A stretch of 64,000 nucleotides of DNA, from positions 130,846-194,845 of the forward strand of contig NW_005434599.1 in the NCBI RefSeq assembly GCF_000315625.1, written 5' to 3'. Source of the DNA: Guillardia theta CCMP2712. Taxonomy: Eukaryota > Protista > Cryptophyta. The notes under the pieces were generated by a model that was not told the DNA's origin, made no database searches, and was given only the letters and a program-made list of their open reading frames with translations. Numbering within the stretch: the first letter of the stretch is position 1; each line of letters opens with the position of its first letter. Shown here piece after piece: positions 25,725 through 38,639 of this stretch. A program made the position numbers and the translations under genes.

Positions 25725-26370
25725 ACCGGCGTGAACGGCGCGGCCGCGGGCCGGGCGGCCGCACTGAGCCGCCGGGCCGCCGTGCGAGCCCCGGTGACTG
25801 ACTCTGAGTGACAGCCTACTGTCGAACCGGGCCGTACGGTCACAGAGCCAAGTTTCTATCATAGCCTGAGCCTGAGACTTAACTTCAAGTCACTGAACTT
25901 CGAAAACCTCCGAATGGTTGAGGCTTGAAACTTGAAACTCAGTGACCCGTGCCACTAATTTGCCGTTACTGTCCTATCGGGCCGGCCGGGCGGCGCCGGC
26001 CCGGCCGAGTCCCGGGCCGACTCGGAGACCGTACGGTCACGCGGCGGCACTGGCGGCCGCCGCCGCCAGTGTGAGCCGCGCACTGCACGTGACTCAGTCG
26101 ACCGGCGTCGGACAGTGTTCCGACTGGTTGAACCGTTGAACTTGCCGGGCAGTGCGCGGCGACTCAGTCGTGAACGGTTCACGGCCCGGGGCCCCGGGAG
26201 CGCCGTCCGCGCGGCAGAGCCCCGCAGGCGGGCCCGATTGTTAACTTCCGAGACGGTCACGTTGGCATCCGGCGATCATGCCATGTTGATCCGGCGGGCC
26301 CGCCCGTCTTGTACGGGCCGCCGGGCCGACTCAGTGAGTCACTGAGTCACAGTGTTCACCGGGTGACTTT
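25725..26370. other. GC-rich, palindrome-dense intergenic island
   Basis: CCGG/GGCC runs, repeated GACTCAGT and CCGTACGG, inverted repeat GACTCAGTGA-G-TCACTGAGTC at 26328-26348. Confidence 0.65.
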
Positions 26371-27269
26371 GAGTAAATATCAGGTGAGCTGCTTGCCAAA
26401 CAAGCTCTCGGAGTTAAGTTAAAGATCAGTACGAGGACAATCAGGAGAGTCGAGGAGGCTTGACCCTGACTGCTACTGCAAGTGGCGATCAAAAGGGGGG
26501 TGGGGTGGTGGTGTAGGATAGAAGAGGTGACGGGGGTCATAGGGGTACCCTACGGGCTTGCGGCCCCGAAAATATAATGCCAGAAAAATTATATCATATT
26601 ATATATAAATATGTATATTGAGTGGTAGGATGAGAGAGAAAAGTTTATAATTATGTGCTTGGCTTGCGGGGGATGTATCTGAGTTTACGTGAGTGGCGGA
26701 ATACAAAGTAGGGTGGTGTTGGAAGGGGGTAGTAAAAGCGTATAAAAGGGGGTAGTAAAGTCAGGACAGGAGCAAATTGGATCAAATAGTTGGGGTGATT
26801 GTTGGACTGGGGTGGGGTGGGGTGGCATGATAGGCCGGGCGTATCTATAAGATAAAAAATGCGAGGTCCTACGGAATGGAGGACGAGAGGGGGAGGAAGA
26901 GGGGGAGGGGGAGGGGGAGGGGGAGGGGGGAGGGGGGAGAGGCTACTCGTAAGATGGACATAAAGCTAGAGAGAGAAGCTGGAAAGCAAGGAGAAGTGGA
27001 GGCGAGGATGTGTAGTGCGTTGAGGGGAGAGACAGCAAAATGTCAGGAGTCGTAGTGGTGTGTTAGTCCTGTACGGGTCATGTTTGAAGGTGAGAAAGCG
27101 AGAACGTGACAGGCATGTGGGATTTATCATTGTTGCTCGTGACAAGACTTCGAAAGTGTCATGATAGTGGGGAACTCATAGGAAAGAGCTGGAAAAAACC
27201 GTTGCATTGCGGGCAAACAGTCGAACCTTTGATTCCTGACGTTTTGCTCTCAAGGTCTTGAATCCAACG

Positions 27270-28555
27270 ATGACAGCAGGCGCAGGAATGCTAACAACCT
27301 TGAGCAAGAATAGCTTCGTGAGAGGACTGCGAATACCCCGGGGGATGTCATGCATATCGGATGCTTGTGTGTGCGTGGAACCCCCAGTATCACAGCTGGG
27401 GAAGAAGGGTGGCTCCTTGGCAGGCAAAAGATGCAGCCTTAGCGACGTGTCAGAAGATTGCATGTCAAAGATCATGTTTCTGCTGGATGGAAACCACATC
27501 TTGATGCTGGCATGCACCTGCAGACAGTTCTCGATGTCGGCTAAGAGCCTGCATTTCTGGAAGTGCTTCTGCACACGACTGGATGCCTTCTGCAAGGAAG
27601 ATGCCACAGAGATCGGAATCTTCACCAACAACGGAGAAGACGACCACAAGGACTGGATCAGGTTGAACACACTCCTTGAGCACGAGCGAAACATTCGTAT
27701 CCTGAGGAACACAATCGAGTTCCCAGAGCGGGTCAGCATGAAATGCGGGAAGCAGAGCTATGGGCACTTGATACAGTATGTCGGCAAGCTGGGAGGTGAC
27801 AGAGCCGTAAGGGGAGCACATGGATGGACTTTGCAGGTGAACAAGAAGCGCTGGATTCGGAGTGTCCTTGAGGGTACGATGTGCCGGCTGGGTTTGAGAA
27901 AGGCGAGGTCCAGCATCCTGGAAGAGCTCCCTCCTATCCTGGCAGGCTGCGACTCCAACGTCCTACACGTTCAGGCTCAGTACATCTTCTCCCTGTGCTA
28001 CTACTACGAAGTCAAGATCCGAGAGATCCTGCTGAAGAATGGTTCGCAGCCGAACACGAGGAAATGGTGCATTGCCATCGGACTGTCGACCAAAGACTTT
28101 CGTCTCACCGGAAGACAGCCGGGCTGGGACAGCAACTCGTGTGCGTACCATGGAGATGATGGCAAGGTCTACTGCCGAAACAAGACCTGCCGCTCTTGGC
28201 CGACTTTTGGGGCCGGAGATACTGTCGGGTGCGGTCTGTGTCAAGACAAATCCATCTTCTTTACGCTCAACGGGAATTTCTTGGGTGAGTATTGGTGATC
28301 CGAGAACGTGCAGGAGCATGACCATCATTGTAGGATTCTTGAAGGATCACATCCTGTGGGATCCTCGAAGGCAGACGCTCCACCCGACGATCGGCATCGA
28401 CTCCTTCCAACCCCTGGAGGTGAACTGGGGAACGAAACCTTTCATGTATAACTTCGAGGAGGTGAGAGAGAATCCTGAGAGCCTCGCGCTCCCTTGAGTG
28501 AGTTTGATCCTCTGCCGTCCAGGTCTTGACTGCATCCAACAACCCTCCCAGCTGA
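27270..28555 (+). CDS. F-box + SPRY (RanBP9/10-type) protein
   Basis: F-box-like SLSDVSEDCMSKIMFLLD...LACTCRQF..W; SPRY YYYEVKI, IAIGL, PGWDSNSCAYHGDDG, FGAGDTVGCG, IFFTLNGNFLG, LHPTIG, VNWGTKPFMYN. Confidence 0.85.
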
Positions 28556-28858
28556 GGCAGGTGGACTGACAAAGTCCCCGCTGTGCAGCTTCAATCTCCT
28601 GGTGAACAGTTGGTGTATGATATCTGAGACGAGTAACGTGTGAAGCGATGAGGTAGTTACCACTTCTTGCTACGGCAATTGTGTTTATCTTTTAGTTTCC
28701 ACTGTATGATAATCTAAAGAATGATTTCCGAGAGATAGCACGTGCCCCGATCCAAGAACAATATGTTTACAGCTCCTCCTGTCTGTTGGCTCCTCTTCAA
28801 GCCCCGCCATGACTTCATCAACCCGCTGGCAGCCCTCTTCCCCTTCTTCCCGCTCTCC

Positions 28859-29926
28859 TCAATCTTCGCCCTCGTCCTCTTGATTCTCCGCTGCCGGGTT
28901 GTTGAACTGGACCCGCACGTTGGTCCCTTCGTGCTGGGGGCCCTCGAAGATATACCGGATGAGGGCCGGGGTGAATATGATGCGCTTCCCTGTGCCACAG
29001 GTCAGGACGGAGCAGAGAAGGGTGAGGAGCTGAGAAGAGCAGCAGCAAGGCAACAGCTGGAGGGAGACTGGACCTCTGAAACGCCCGGGCATCCTCGGAA
29101 CAATGTCCTCGAGATAGTAGTAGACGTGCCCGACGAAAATGCCGACCAGGTCTACGACAGGGCTGGACCCTAAGAGGACCGAAAAAGCAAGAAGGACCTG
29201 AGAAGCAATGTTCAACTCCTCTCATCTTCCATCGGCACTCCAGAGGCCTCACCCAAGGCAGCCATGGAGCAGGAAAGTTGAAGAGGCCGAGGAAGTTCAT
29301 AGGAAACGTCTCGTTCCCTGGGAGCGCAGGAAAGGCTTGATAAGCTTGCAAGAGGATTTCGGCACGGCAAACTCACTTCGACCCCACACGTAGACCATCA
29401 TGAAGGTGAGGGAGTATCCGAGAAACAGCACCGATGAGAAGGGGGCGATCATGAGCATGATGGAGGCGCCGAACCTGCGCCCTCGCGTTCAGCTGGACAA
29501 GAGCTACCAAAGTCAGGTACTGACAGCAGCATTGTCAAGAAGTCCGCTGATCTTCCTCGGAATGATGGTCCTTCTTCCAACAGTCGGCTATACCTCACCC
29601 TGCAGGCTCAGCGTGAGTTTGGTGCCCAACAAACAAGCAGAAATGGTGACGTACAAGAAATACATGTGAAACACAAAGTCCAGGCTCGGCATGCCGAAGA
29701 AGAAAAAGTTGGTGAAGACTCGCCAGACCTGCACCAACTTCACATCAGCAGCGTCCAGATACACTCAGGCACTCACCTCATACTTCTCGAAGATCAATCT
29801 GTAGTTGAGGTACAAGGAGAAAGGAGAGATGAGGTCGAAGTAACAGGCAGCAGTTGTCAGAACTGATATCGTCAAGTAGCATCTGGTGACGATCGGGATC
29901 TCTTTGTACCATGTCTCAAAAGACAT
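28859..29926 (-). CDS. DER1: Derlin (Der1/Derlin-2-like), host ERAD component
   Basis: MSFETWYKEIPIVTRCY, E|VWRVFTNFFFFG, VRYSRLLEEG.SFRGRSADF, FLGYSLTFMMVYVWGRRN, FPAPWLPWV, DLVGIFVGHVYYYLEDIVP; no bipartite presequence. Confidence 0.95.
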
Positions 29927-30467
29927 GCTTGACTGGGTGTTGTTTCTAAGAACGTGTTGCTGACTATGAAATTCGTCCTTGCATCTGTAGAGGACTCGAA
30001 CTGCGAACAACGAGCGTCAGCGAATGTGGGGGTAGAGCACGAGCCTCTTTGAATCATCACAACGATTGTTAGTGCGTGATCCAGTGAACAAGTCATTGAG
30101 GCATCAACACAAGAGAGGAAATCAGCGTCATGTCGCCGAATCTTGGCTGCGCTGCAGGGTGACAGGGGAGTGGATCCCTGAGGCAAGCAAAGAACATCGC
30201 ACCGAACCTAACCTCTATCTCAAAGGAAACCCTCTGATGCGAAGCTATTGGTCAGAGAGATCTTTGGTTTGCACGTAGTCATACCACAATTTCTCCTCTT
30301 TGCTCTCGTGTAGTTTGCTCGACGATTCGTATGGTTGACGTTCTCTTGCTCTACATCTTTACCTTCCCTTCACTATCATTTCTCTCTCCCTTCATTTTTC
30401 TTCTGCTCCCATTTTAACCTCCCCTCGGTCCAACCTCTTTTGTTGCTTTTTCCCTCCTGATCTTGAT

Positions 30468-30471
30468 CCTG

Positions 30472-30533
<62 letters not shown>
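30468..30533. repeat. (CTCCTG)n hexanucleotide microsatellite
   Basis: Direct inspection; the same unit recurs at 50070-50130 (as GAGCAG) and 50601-50688. Confidence 0.9.
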
Positions 30534-31039
30534 ATCTTATCGCCCCTGCTCATGCTCATTTTTCTACCGTATCGCACCTTCTCCTTGTCCTGCTCCTTCT
30601 CCTCCCTTCATACTCCAACCGCTGCTTCGCCATTCCTGCTCCTGCTCCTGATCCTAGTGTTCCTGCTCCTCCTGCTCCTCCTGCTCCTCCTGCTCTTGTC
30701 CTCCTCCTCTCCTCCATCCCTTGTCCTCCTCCTCGCCTTCCAGTTCATTCCATAACCCCACCACCTGAGCCCTCATCCCCCTTCGACCCTTCATCCCCCT
30801 CAACTCCAGCAGGAAAGCCACGTGGACGGGTGGTGTTACCTGAACTGTGGGGGTTGTGGTACCTGAATCACCGGTACTGTGGTAACAATTTAATGAATCG
30901 AAGTGAGATGAGTCAAGATATAGGGGTCATTGATGGATCAAATGGGGGTATATTTGAAATACTCGGGTAGGGGTGTACAGAATGGGGGTAGGGTAGTGAT
31001 GTTTGGGGTAGGGTGTGTGGGGTGGGGTCTCGTGCAGCA

Positions 31040-32404
31040 ATGGCCGCGCGCCTTCGAACTCTGTTGCTTCTCGGTAAGGAGGAGGAGGAGGAGGAGAAGG
31101 AGAAAGAGCAGGAGGAGGATGTTATAGAGAAGGAGATGAAGGAAGGAGGATGCAAGGTCAGAGAAAATCCTAAGTGGATCTAACGAGCATGTGACTGCGC
31201 TGGAGGATCTTGCGTTGTCTTCGGGGTCATGCAAACATTGAGCGGTTTCCCGCTTTCAAGAGCAGAGATTGAAGATCTTGCAGAATGAGGATAAAACGTT
31301 TTGAGATTCGTGACACGTGGATCAGCTTGCCTTCATCATGCATGTATAGATGAGAAAGGCATGAGGGTAGGATGTAGGAATTCAGTATATAGGAGGGGAG
31401 CAGAAGGGGTGAAGAAGGGGTTGTGTTGATCTGTAAGGCAGCAGTGAGTAGAAGTACAGCTCAACATTGCAATATCAAGTTCGATTTGTTCTCTCTCTCT
31501 CGCTGACGCGGCTCCGTAGGGCTTGTTCTCCTGGCCATGGCTGATCAGGAGCCAGAGGATGAGGGAGGAGCGAGCGTTTCTTCGGAAGAGTCAGAGGGTG
31601 ACGACATGGGCGTGAAAGGCTCTTCGGAATTCGCCAAGACGACGATCCTCTTTCCAGACTTCCAGGACAAGAGTGAGTGATGCTGTGTTGGGATCTTTGT
31701 TGTTCTGACTGCCCGCGCCCTTGCCCCTGCCTCCCTTCACCTGTTCATTAAGTCCCATCTATGATTTGTGATTAATTCTGTGAGTTTGCCGATCTGGTGT
31801 ATGCTTGCTGTGCCGCTCATTCCAGTGCTTTTTTCTCACACCTCCCTTCTCCTGTGCAGAGTTTGTGCAAGGACAGTTTGTCGATGCTCTTTGCGGATTT
31901 TCTAACCTCGGGGACAAGTCGTTCAACATCACCAACCTCAAGGGGTACCTCATCTCTCCCTACGACTACAGCATGTACATCCAGAACTTCAGCGAGGTCC
32001 CTGCATACACTGAGGTGAAGAAGGGAGAAGAAGGAACCCTCATGTACCGCTTCCTCCCCGACCCTGCCTTGGAGCCCCGTGAGTATATGCTCACCCTGAC
32101 CGTGGACTACATCGATGCGGACAAAGAGGAGTACCAGACTGCCTTCTTCAACAGCACCATCGAGATCGTTGAGTCGCAGAGTGCGCTGGACTCGCGCGTC
32201 CTGTTCGGTCGCTTCCTGACCGTCTGCTTCTTGGGCATCCTTGGCCTCGTTGGGAACGCTGCTTACAGCAGGTTCATGCCGAAGAGGAGGAAGACGGTAG
32301 ACACTTCGGCGAGGAGCAAGGAATCGTCCCAGAACGAGTGGCTTCAGGGAACTTTTGTGGGTGGACAGAAGAGCTCGAGCGGAAACAAGAAGAAATCCAA
32401 GTAG
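31040..32404 (+). CDS. SSR1: Translocon-associated protein alpha (TRAP-alpha/SSR1)
   Basis: Signal MAARLRTLLLL|GLVLLAMA, acidic N-terminus, TTILFP, VDALCGFSN, YSMYIQNFS, TLMYRFLPD, AFFNSTIEIVE, TM helix, C-terminal NEWL. Confidence 0.9.
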
Positions 32405-32716
32405 ATGTGTTGGATGATGTGATGACAATAATGAATCTGGTTAACAAGAGTGAAGCAGTTCTCGATGTTGAGCAGCCTCGATCTCTTGTTGAAGGAAATG
32501 TGTCCTCACAGAGAATGATGTCCGTACAGAAAGAGGGCTGGCGAGAGATGTTTTACAGCAATCATAGTTTCCGAGAAGTAATCCTCTAGATGAAACATAC
32601 CACTGTGAGGAATTTATTATCGAGAGATGATACATGTTCTATGAGGCATCAAATGTTATTCAAGCTGTATCACCTTTTGGACGCCTTACAACAAACAAAA
32701 GAAACGACAAGCAGAA

Positions 32717-34166
32717 TTATGCTTGACTTGCGAACTGTAGGACGCCTGTGTTTGATGTCGAGGCACCAACATCCTTGCCGCTCGCCATCTTCTGAAGCAG
32801 ACCAGCGATTCCAATCAGGAAAGTCAGGACTGTGAACACCACGATCGACAACTGCGATGAACGAGATAAGAACTAGCATACAAAGAGAGCAACAAGATGA
32901 AACCAGGAGCTGCAAGTTGACGTTCATTGGAAGGCCCCAAATTCCACTTGTGTAATAAATTGAGAGATATGCAGCCCTCCACTGTAAGTTGACAGTCAGG
33001 AACAATCTTAGACAATCGCAGCACTTGCCTTTCCATTTCCACATATTCGACTTTGCCCATGGTTAGTACTAGAACTACTCGCTCCGCAAGCCCCATCACC
33101 CTCATTGCACCTGTACAGTGTCAATTCCGACAAACATTTCTCATGTTAATTTTCACTCATTGCAGCTTCCCGAGTAACATGAACCAGTCCAGTCGATTGC
33201 AGAACTTGTAATGCTGAAACTGTCAGAACCAAGGCCGTTAGATACTTGTGCACTCTCTGAAGTGTGAGGTTTCACGCACCCGTTTCCATTGATAGTCACA
33301 GTTTCACCACATGCATTTGTCGATGTCGCATTCAAGGAGGAGTCAACGATCCACTGCTCTGATTGTCATCGATATGAACTACATAAAATGTCATTAATTT
33401 ACCTTATAGCACACGGCTGCTGATTTCCAGTAAGGATTTGGTGCCTTGTCTTTGTCTGCTGTAGGACACAGGCTCCCAACGCATTCATAATACTGATTTG
33501 TAGCATAATTGAGGATAGATCCGCAATACTTCTTTGCATCAGATTGTTGTAAGCCTTGGGCTACAAAGCGATAATTTGTCCTGCATAGCATGATTCAACT
33601 TGTCACGAAAACGCTCAACTACGCATTATGATAGAGTATGCAAAACAAACTTACGTGCTGCTTGGTGACTGAGGGTAGCTTGCTGTAGTGATGGGATCAC
33701 CTGACAAGTATGAAGAGTATGCGCAAGTTTCTGTGTTTGTTGACTGGTCGTAAGATCTGCAGATGCTGCGAATCTTAAGACCTGCATACGCCTGGCTGTA
33801 AAGATTGATCTTTTTGGTCAGATCAGCCTTGAGGTTCGTGGGAGTGAAACTCGTTAGGGTGTAGTCATGCGAGCAATGCTTCCCAATAGGACAATCACAA
33901 TCGTTGATGCACTCTACACACACACCCTTGACTTCGACTGGCTTCGTCAAATCTGCGAGCCCGTATGCCGATGTCGAGTACATTTGATCGGACCACCAGA
34001 TGTTACAGATGGGCCTGGAACTGTCTGTACAGTCTGCATGCTTCGTACAAGTCGTGTAGGTGTTGGCAGAGAGACTGCCAGGTAGTCTGATGAGGAGGGA
34101 GAGAAGGAGGAGTGGGGCGAGAGGCGAGAGGACGGAAGCGCTACGGCCCGACGATCGCGACTGCAT
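32717..34166 (-). CDS. Cysteine-rich type I membrane protein of unknown family, ~6 exons
   Basis: Signal peptide; CTKHADC, CVECINDCDCPIGKHC, WTGSCYSGSCNE motifs; spliced C-terminus gives TM LLLSIVVFTVLTFLIGIAGLL plus a short tail ending QFASQA*. Confidence 0.7.
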
Positions 34167-34659
34167 TGCGACTTTTGTTCAGCTGGCTTATTGGCAGACC
34201 GAACCCCCCCCCCCTAGTAGTACACGCAAACGGTACTACGGTAGTACCGTCCTACCCACCCCCACCCCTACGACCCTCACCACCCGATCGGACATTGCCG
34301 CAGTGCGGCGGATCGCCAGGGCGGCGTAACTGACATGGAGGGGTAGTCTTAGGGGATTCGGCGGGGGTACTATCGTACCGGTACCGTACAGTTTCCTGGC
34401 TCGATGATAGCGTCTGGTAGGCCGGGCCGTAGGAGTAAAAGGAGCCCATAGGTACTAGGGTAGGGGTGGGGTTCTAATACGGTACTGTACCCGATACTAT
34501 GATAGTAGTAACAGCCTGGCTATGGGTCACCCCCCGACGTCAGTAGTAAAATTCATAGTGACCGAGGGGTGCGGCAGTGGGTCCGAGTAGCGACTGAAGT
34601 GACACACGTAACGTCTCTGAGTCTTTGCAGTAAAAATAGATCATGACCCCCAACGGGCA

Positions 34660-35295
34660 CTTCAAGCCCGGAGCGAGTCCGGCGGCGCCCGCCGTGGCCG
34701 GGGCCCGGGGCCGCCCGGCATTGGTGGCCCGCCCCGGGCCCGGCCGCCGGTACGGCGGCGACGGTCACAGGTGTACTCAACTTAGCCTACGGTTCCGAAG
34801 TTCGCCGCAGCTGTGAACTTGCCTTAACTCAATCCTCCTCGACTCTCCGAGGCCTGCAGTCGCAGTGCCACGGATCATTGTCCTCGTACTGATTTTTAAC
34901 TTAACTTTACCGTGTACGCCGGGTAACTTACTACTGAAAGGTACCGTACAGTACGGGACCGACCGGTTCCAGGCTAGGCGCGGCTGACGGCTCACACTAC
35001 GCCGCCCGGCGGTTCAACCTAGCTCACACTTCGCACCCGTCCGATCACTACTACACGCACGGTACTAATTTTAATTTAACTTTGGCCGTAAACAAAAACC
35101 AGAGTCTCCGAAGTTGCCATTAGCCGGCCCGGCAGCCCCGGCCCGGGTGTACTGTGACGATCACGTACGCCGTACGGTAGTACAGTACGGTACCCGCGGT
35201 ACATCACGTAGTCACTAGTACGGTCCGATCCCGATCGGACGGCGCCGCCGCGGGGCTGGTTCCGCCGGGCCGGGCGGTTTATGGCCGCGCACTGC
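34660..35295. other. GC-rich, palindrome-dense intergenic island (another at 35980-36125)
   Basis: CCGG/GGCC runs and many GTAC/CCGTACGG words. Confidence 0.6.
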
Positions 35296-36663
35296 GGTAG
35301 GAATAATATCAGGATGCAGAGAACTAACAGAGGTGATAAGAGATTGGTACAGATGTTCAAGCTTGTTTACTTCAAGCAACCCAGTCTCACAGAGACCCTT
35401 CACCTCATTCTCCTTTCCTTTCCTGCAAATGCGAGCGGCCCTTCTTCCCTCTCCCTCGGTCCCTCAATAAATAGGGCCCGGGATGCCTGGTCCTAGGAAC
35501 TACCACTACCGGTACTCTACGCTTCGTATCCGCGGTATCATGGTCCTTCGACCGGTCCGAGCCCTAGCCCCATAGCCTGGAGGCTCCCTGGAACCTGTGT
35601 GTCTCTGCAACCTGCTGAGAGGTGGTCTCGTGCCTTCATCGTAGGACCTCCTGAAGAATAGTCATGATAGTACTGTCTTCTCTGATCGAACCCCTTGTCC
35701 TTCCATTATCCATGACTGGCAGGGGTGATACTTCCGAAGTTCCAGCTTCCCACTAGCCGTTATTCCTGTCACTTGCTGTCCTGTCGTAGACTGATATAAG
35801 CTGACTCGCTTATCACCTGCTGCCATCCATGGGTCCTAGGTTCTTGCTGTCTTCTTCGTGATCCTCCTACGTCGTCCCTATTGTAGCTGTTGCTGTCCTT
35901 TCCGTGAGCTTGTGCACAGAGCCACATCGACTGCTTGACATGACCTGAGGTGAGGCTTGCTCTGATCACTTGCCTCAACACGCGACCGTACGGCCCAGAC
36001 GGTACCGTACGGCGGCGCCGGGCGGCGCCGGGCGGCCCCGGCGGCGTGCCAGCACCCGGCCCAGCTGACCGGCGGTCCGACGGTGGCCGCACCCACTGAG
36101 CCTTGCGCGCCGCCGCAGCACTGTTAACTGACTCTCTCAGTGACGGTGAATGGAAAGGTATCTCAGGTAAGTCACTGCCACCGCCTGAGTTTTCAATGGG
36201 AACAGCACTCAGTAGTGATGAACCGGGTTGGTTCTCCGGTGTCTTGCAAGTTGGTCCTCGACTTTTCCTCCTCGACTTTTCTCGAATTTCCTCGTTCTGA
36301 TGTAACTTACTTTTGATGATTGCGTCGGGAGCAAATGATGAGCCTGAGCGTGGCAGTCACGGCAGTGAACCGTGGCAGGCTGCCGGCCGTGACCCCGGCC
36401 GCGGCGTGCCCAACCTTCCAAATCAAGTTGAGGAAGGCTGCTTGTTTTGCAGAGGTGACCGTAATATCCATTCTTCATTAAAATTATTTCGTTGACAATC
36501 AGCAACCTTGCTACTAAAGCGTTGCTTGAAACTCCGGAAAATGAAAATGATGCACTCAGACAACTATCTATGTCGCGTTAAGAATAAATCAAAGCATCAC
36601 TGATTGTGGTTCCGCATATATCTGATCACGTCTTCGATCACTTCTCGGATCAGTAGCATCGAA

Positions 36664-37599
36664 TCACGAGGTCTTCTGCGAGGGAGAGTTGAATGCCTTG
36701 GCCACTGCCTTGCCCAATGTATCCATGTCCTGCATAAATGTCCTAACAGGGTCAGCCGGCTGTTGAGCTCCGAGCTTCACCTTGGTTTTCTCTTGACCCT
36801 CTACCTTGTGTGAGACTGAGACTTCAGCGGAATCAGCTGCACCAGTTCGCATCCACTCATCGTATATCAAGCTGTCAGCTTGTTCCTTCGCTGTTTTCCG
36901 CTCCATGTCATTCCTCACCACGGCCACGAGCTCACATCGAAGCCCTGCTTTCTTCACGTCCCTGGCAAGTTTGATAGCAGAACTGGGAGAGAGCATCTTA
37001 AAGTCGTATACAAATACACGCGGGTTGCGCTGGAGGAGTTCCTGGAAGATGCTCAAGCCGTCGAAACCGAGGTTCAAGAAGGCCGAAGGAACTTTCATCT
37101 TCTCGCTCGCTGCATAGATCTCAACCGCTTCAACGGGGCTCACGGCTGCCATGACCAGATCACCGGCCTGCAAGTTGTCAATTTTGTATCCATGATGTGA
37201 GTTGTCGAGCTCCTTCGAGTAGATAATTCTGTTTGCTCCGGCTGACTTCTGAAGAAACTTCATGAACACAAAACGAGCGATAGGCATGGCAACAAACAAG
37301 GCTCCTGCCGCTAATCCTGCATAGCTCAGGGGACCACGATTTGATTGATTCAGAAGCTGCTTCTGCAGAGACTGCAGTTTAATTGCCCACGTGGAGAAGA
37401 CCTCTGAAGAAAGCTGCATAATGGATCTTGCTTGTGGCTGCAGATGCGAACCAATGTATGACAGTGCATCTTGAGATTGTACAATCACAAACTCCATACC
37501 GGAACGCCCTTGCACCATTAAAATCTGCCATCCTTCCTTGCCTGCCTTGATCGCTACATCGATGCCGTCTCGGGCTTTGCTAACAACGTCGGCAAGCAT
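36664..37599 (-). CDS. Membrane-anchored protein with a truncated AMP-binding (acyl-CoA synthetase-like) N-terminal subdomain
   Basis: 311-aa ORF; TM LSYAGLAAGALFVAMPIARFVFM; 'YSKELDN...LQAGDLVMAAVSPVEAVEIYAASEKMKVPSAFLN...NPRVFVYD' resembles the ANL A1-A2 region; no YTSGTTG loop. Confidence 0.5.
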   Translation of the reverse strand: MLADVVSKARDGIDVAIKAGKEGWQILMVQGRSGMEFVIVQSQDALSYIGSHLQPQARSIMQLSSEVFSTWAIKLQSLQKQLLNQSNRGPLSYAGLAAGALFVAMPIARFVFMKFLQKSAGANRIIYSKELDNSHHGYKIDNLQAGDLVMAAVSPVEAVEIYAASEKMKVPSAFLNLGFDGLSIFQELLQRNPRVFVYDFKMLSPSSAIKLARDVKKAGLRCELVAVVRNDMERKTAKEQADSLIYDEWMRTGAADSAEVSVSHKVEGQEKTKVKLGAQQPADPVRTFMQDMDTLGKAVAKAFNSPSQKTS

Positions 37600-38639
37600 T
37601 GCAAGTGTCGTACCAACTTCCCCGCTCTGAAAGCATTTGTTAGAAGCTCAAAGCGAGGAAATGTATTCAAAGTATTCTTTCTCGGTGATGAGATTAAGAG
37701 TTTAGTAAGGATGTATATTAGACACCACAACCCATCCAAGTGTGCGATGAAAGATTCCCCCCGTTCATCTTCCATGCTCCCTCATATCTTCTTCATCTCA
37801 TCAGATCTGCCTCATCCCCAACATATGCAGTTCTCGCTCCAGCATTTCTTTAGTATTCTCTATCTTGTCATCGCTGTCATCGTTGAGCTATCTGACATCT
37901 TTTGCCCGTCCCAACTTGTGCGGTCCAGACCTTTCCTGACTGAACTGTCCAGTCCCTTTCAACCTAACCTCTACCTGACCTTACTTGACCTGACCTGTAG
38001 CATCAACAACATCCGACATCACATGAATCATATTCTCATCATCATCGTCATGACACAGCCGCTCATCTTCCGCTTCGCCCCCTTGCGCTCCCTCAACTAC
38101 ATTACGATGAGGCGTACATGGCACCCACCCTTCCCACCACCCATTTAAACCCTCATACCCTCAAACATCGAGTACCCCTCAAATTTACCATCAACTTCCC
38201 TAGATTCCACCCCTCCTCAGATCTGTGACTGGGTGGTACAAGAATCTGCACCGAAGGTCGGTCCATATCCAATGAGGGTGGGGGAGGGTCCTAGCAAATA
38301 TGAAAATAGACTATGACCAGGTGCTAGGATCATTCCGTTATATTCCCATGGACCACCACCCCTACGGTGCGTCATAGAGGTGGGACAAGACACACCAATA
38401 CCACCCCCCTTTCTACCAGCTTTAGAACCCCTACTTTGATAGTTGTGCGGACCCACTGCCAAATGACCCCACCCCGCGATGAGATACAGTCCAGTAGTGC
38501 TGTTGTCGAAGTACCCACCTTCAAATATTTGGACCCCCTCTTGTCATGTGTAATGGAGGGGTATAATTCGGTGTGTGTATCACCCCTACCCTCATCGATC
38601 TCATTAGGAAACTAACAACCGTTACAGAGCCGTTATATG

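Noticed and set aside
35500-35960. Minus-strand spliced ORF or transposon relic
   Set aside because: Frames close quickly; no transposase/RT motifs, terminal repeats or TSDs seen.
36850-37150. Response-regulator receiver domain (VFVYD as phospho-acceptor)
   Set aside because: Lacks the acidic pocket and the conserved KP; the ANL N-terminal subdomain explains more residues.
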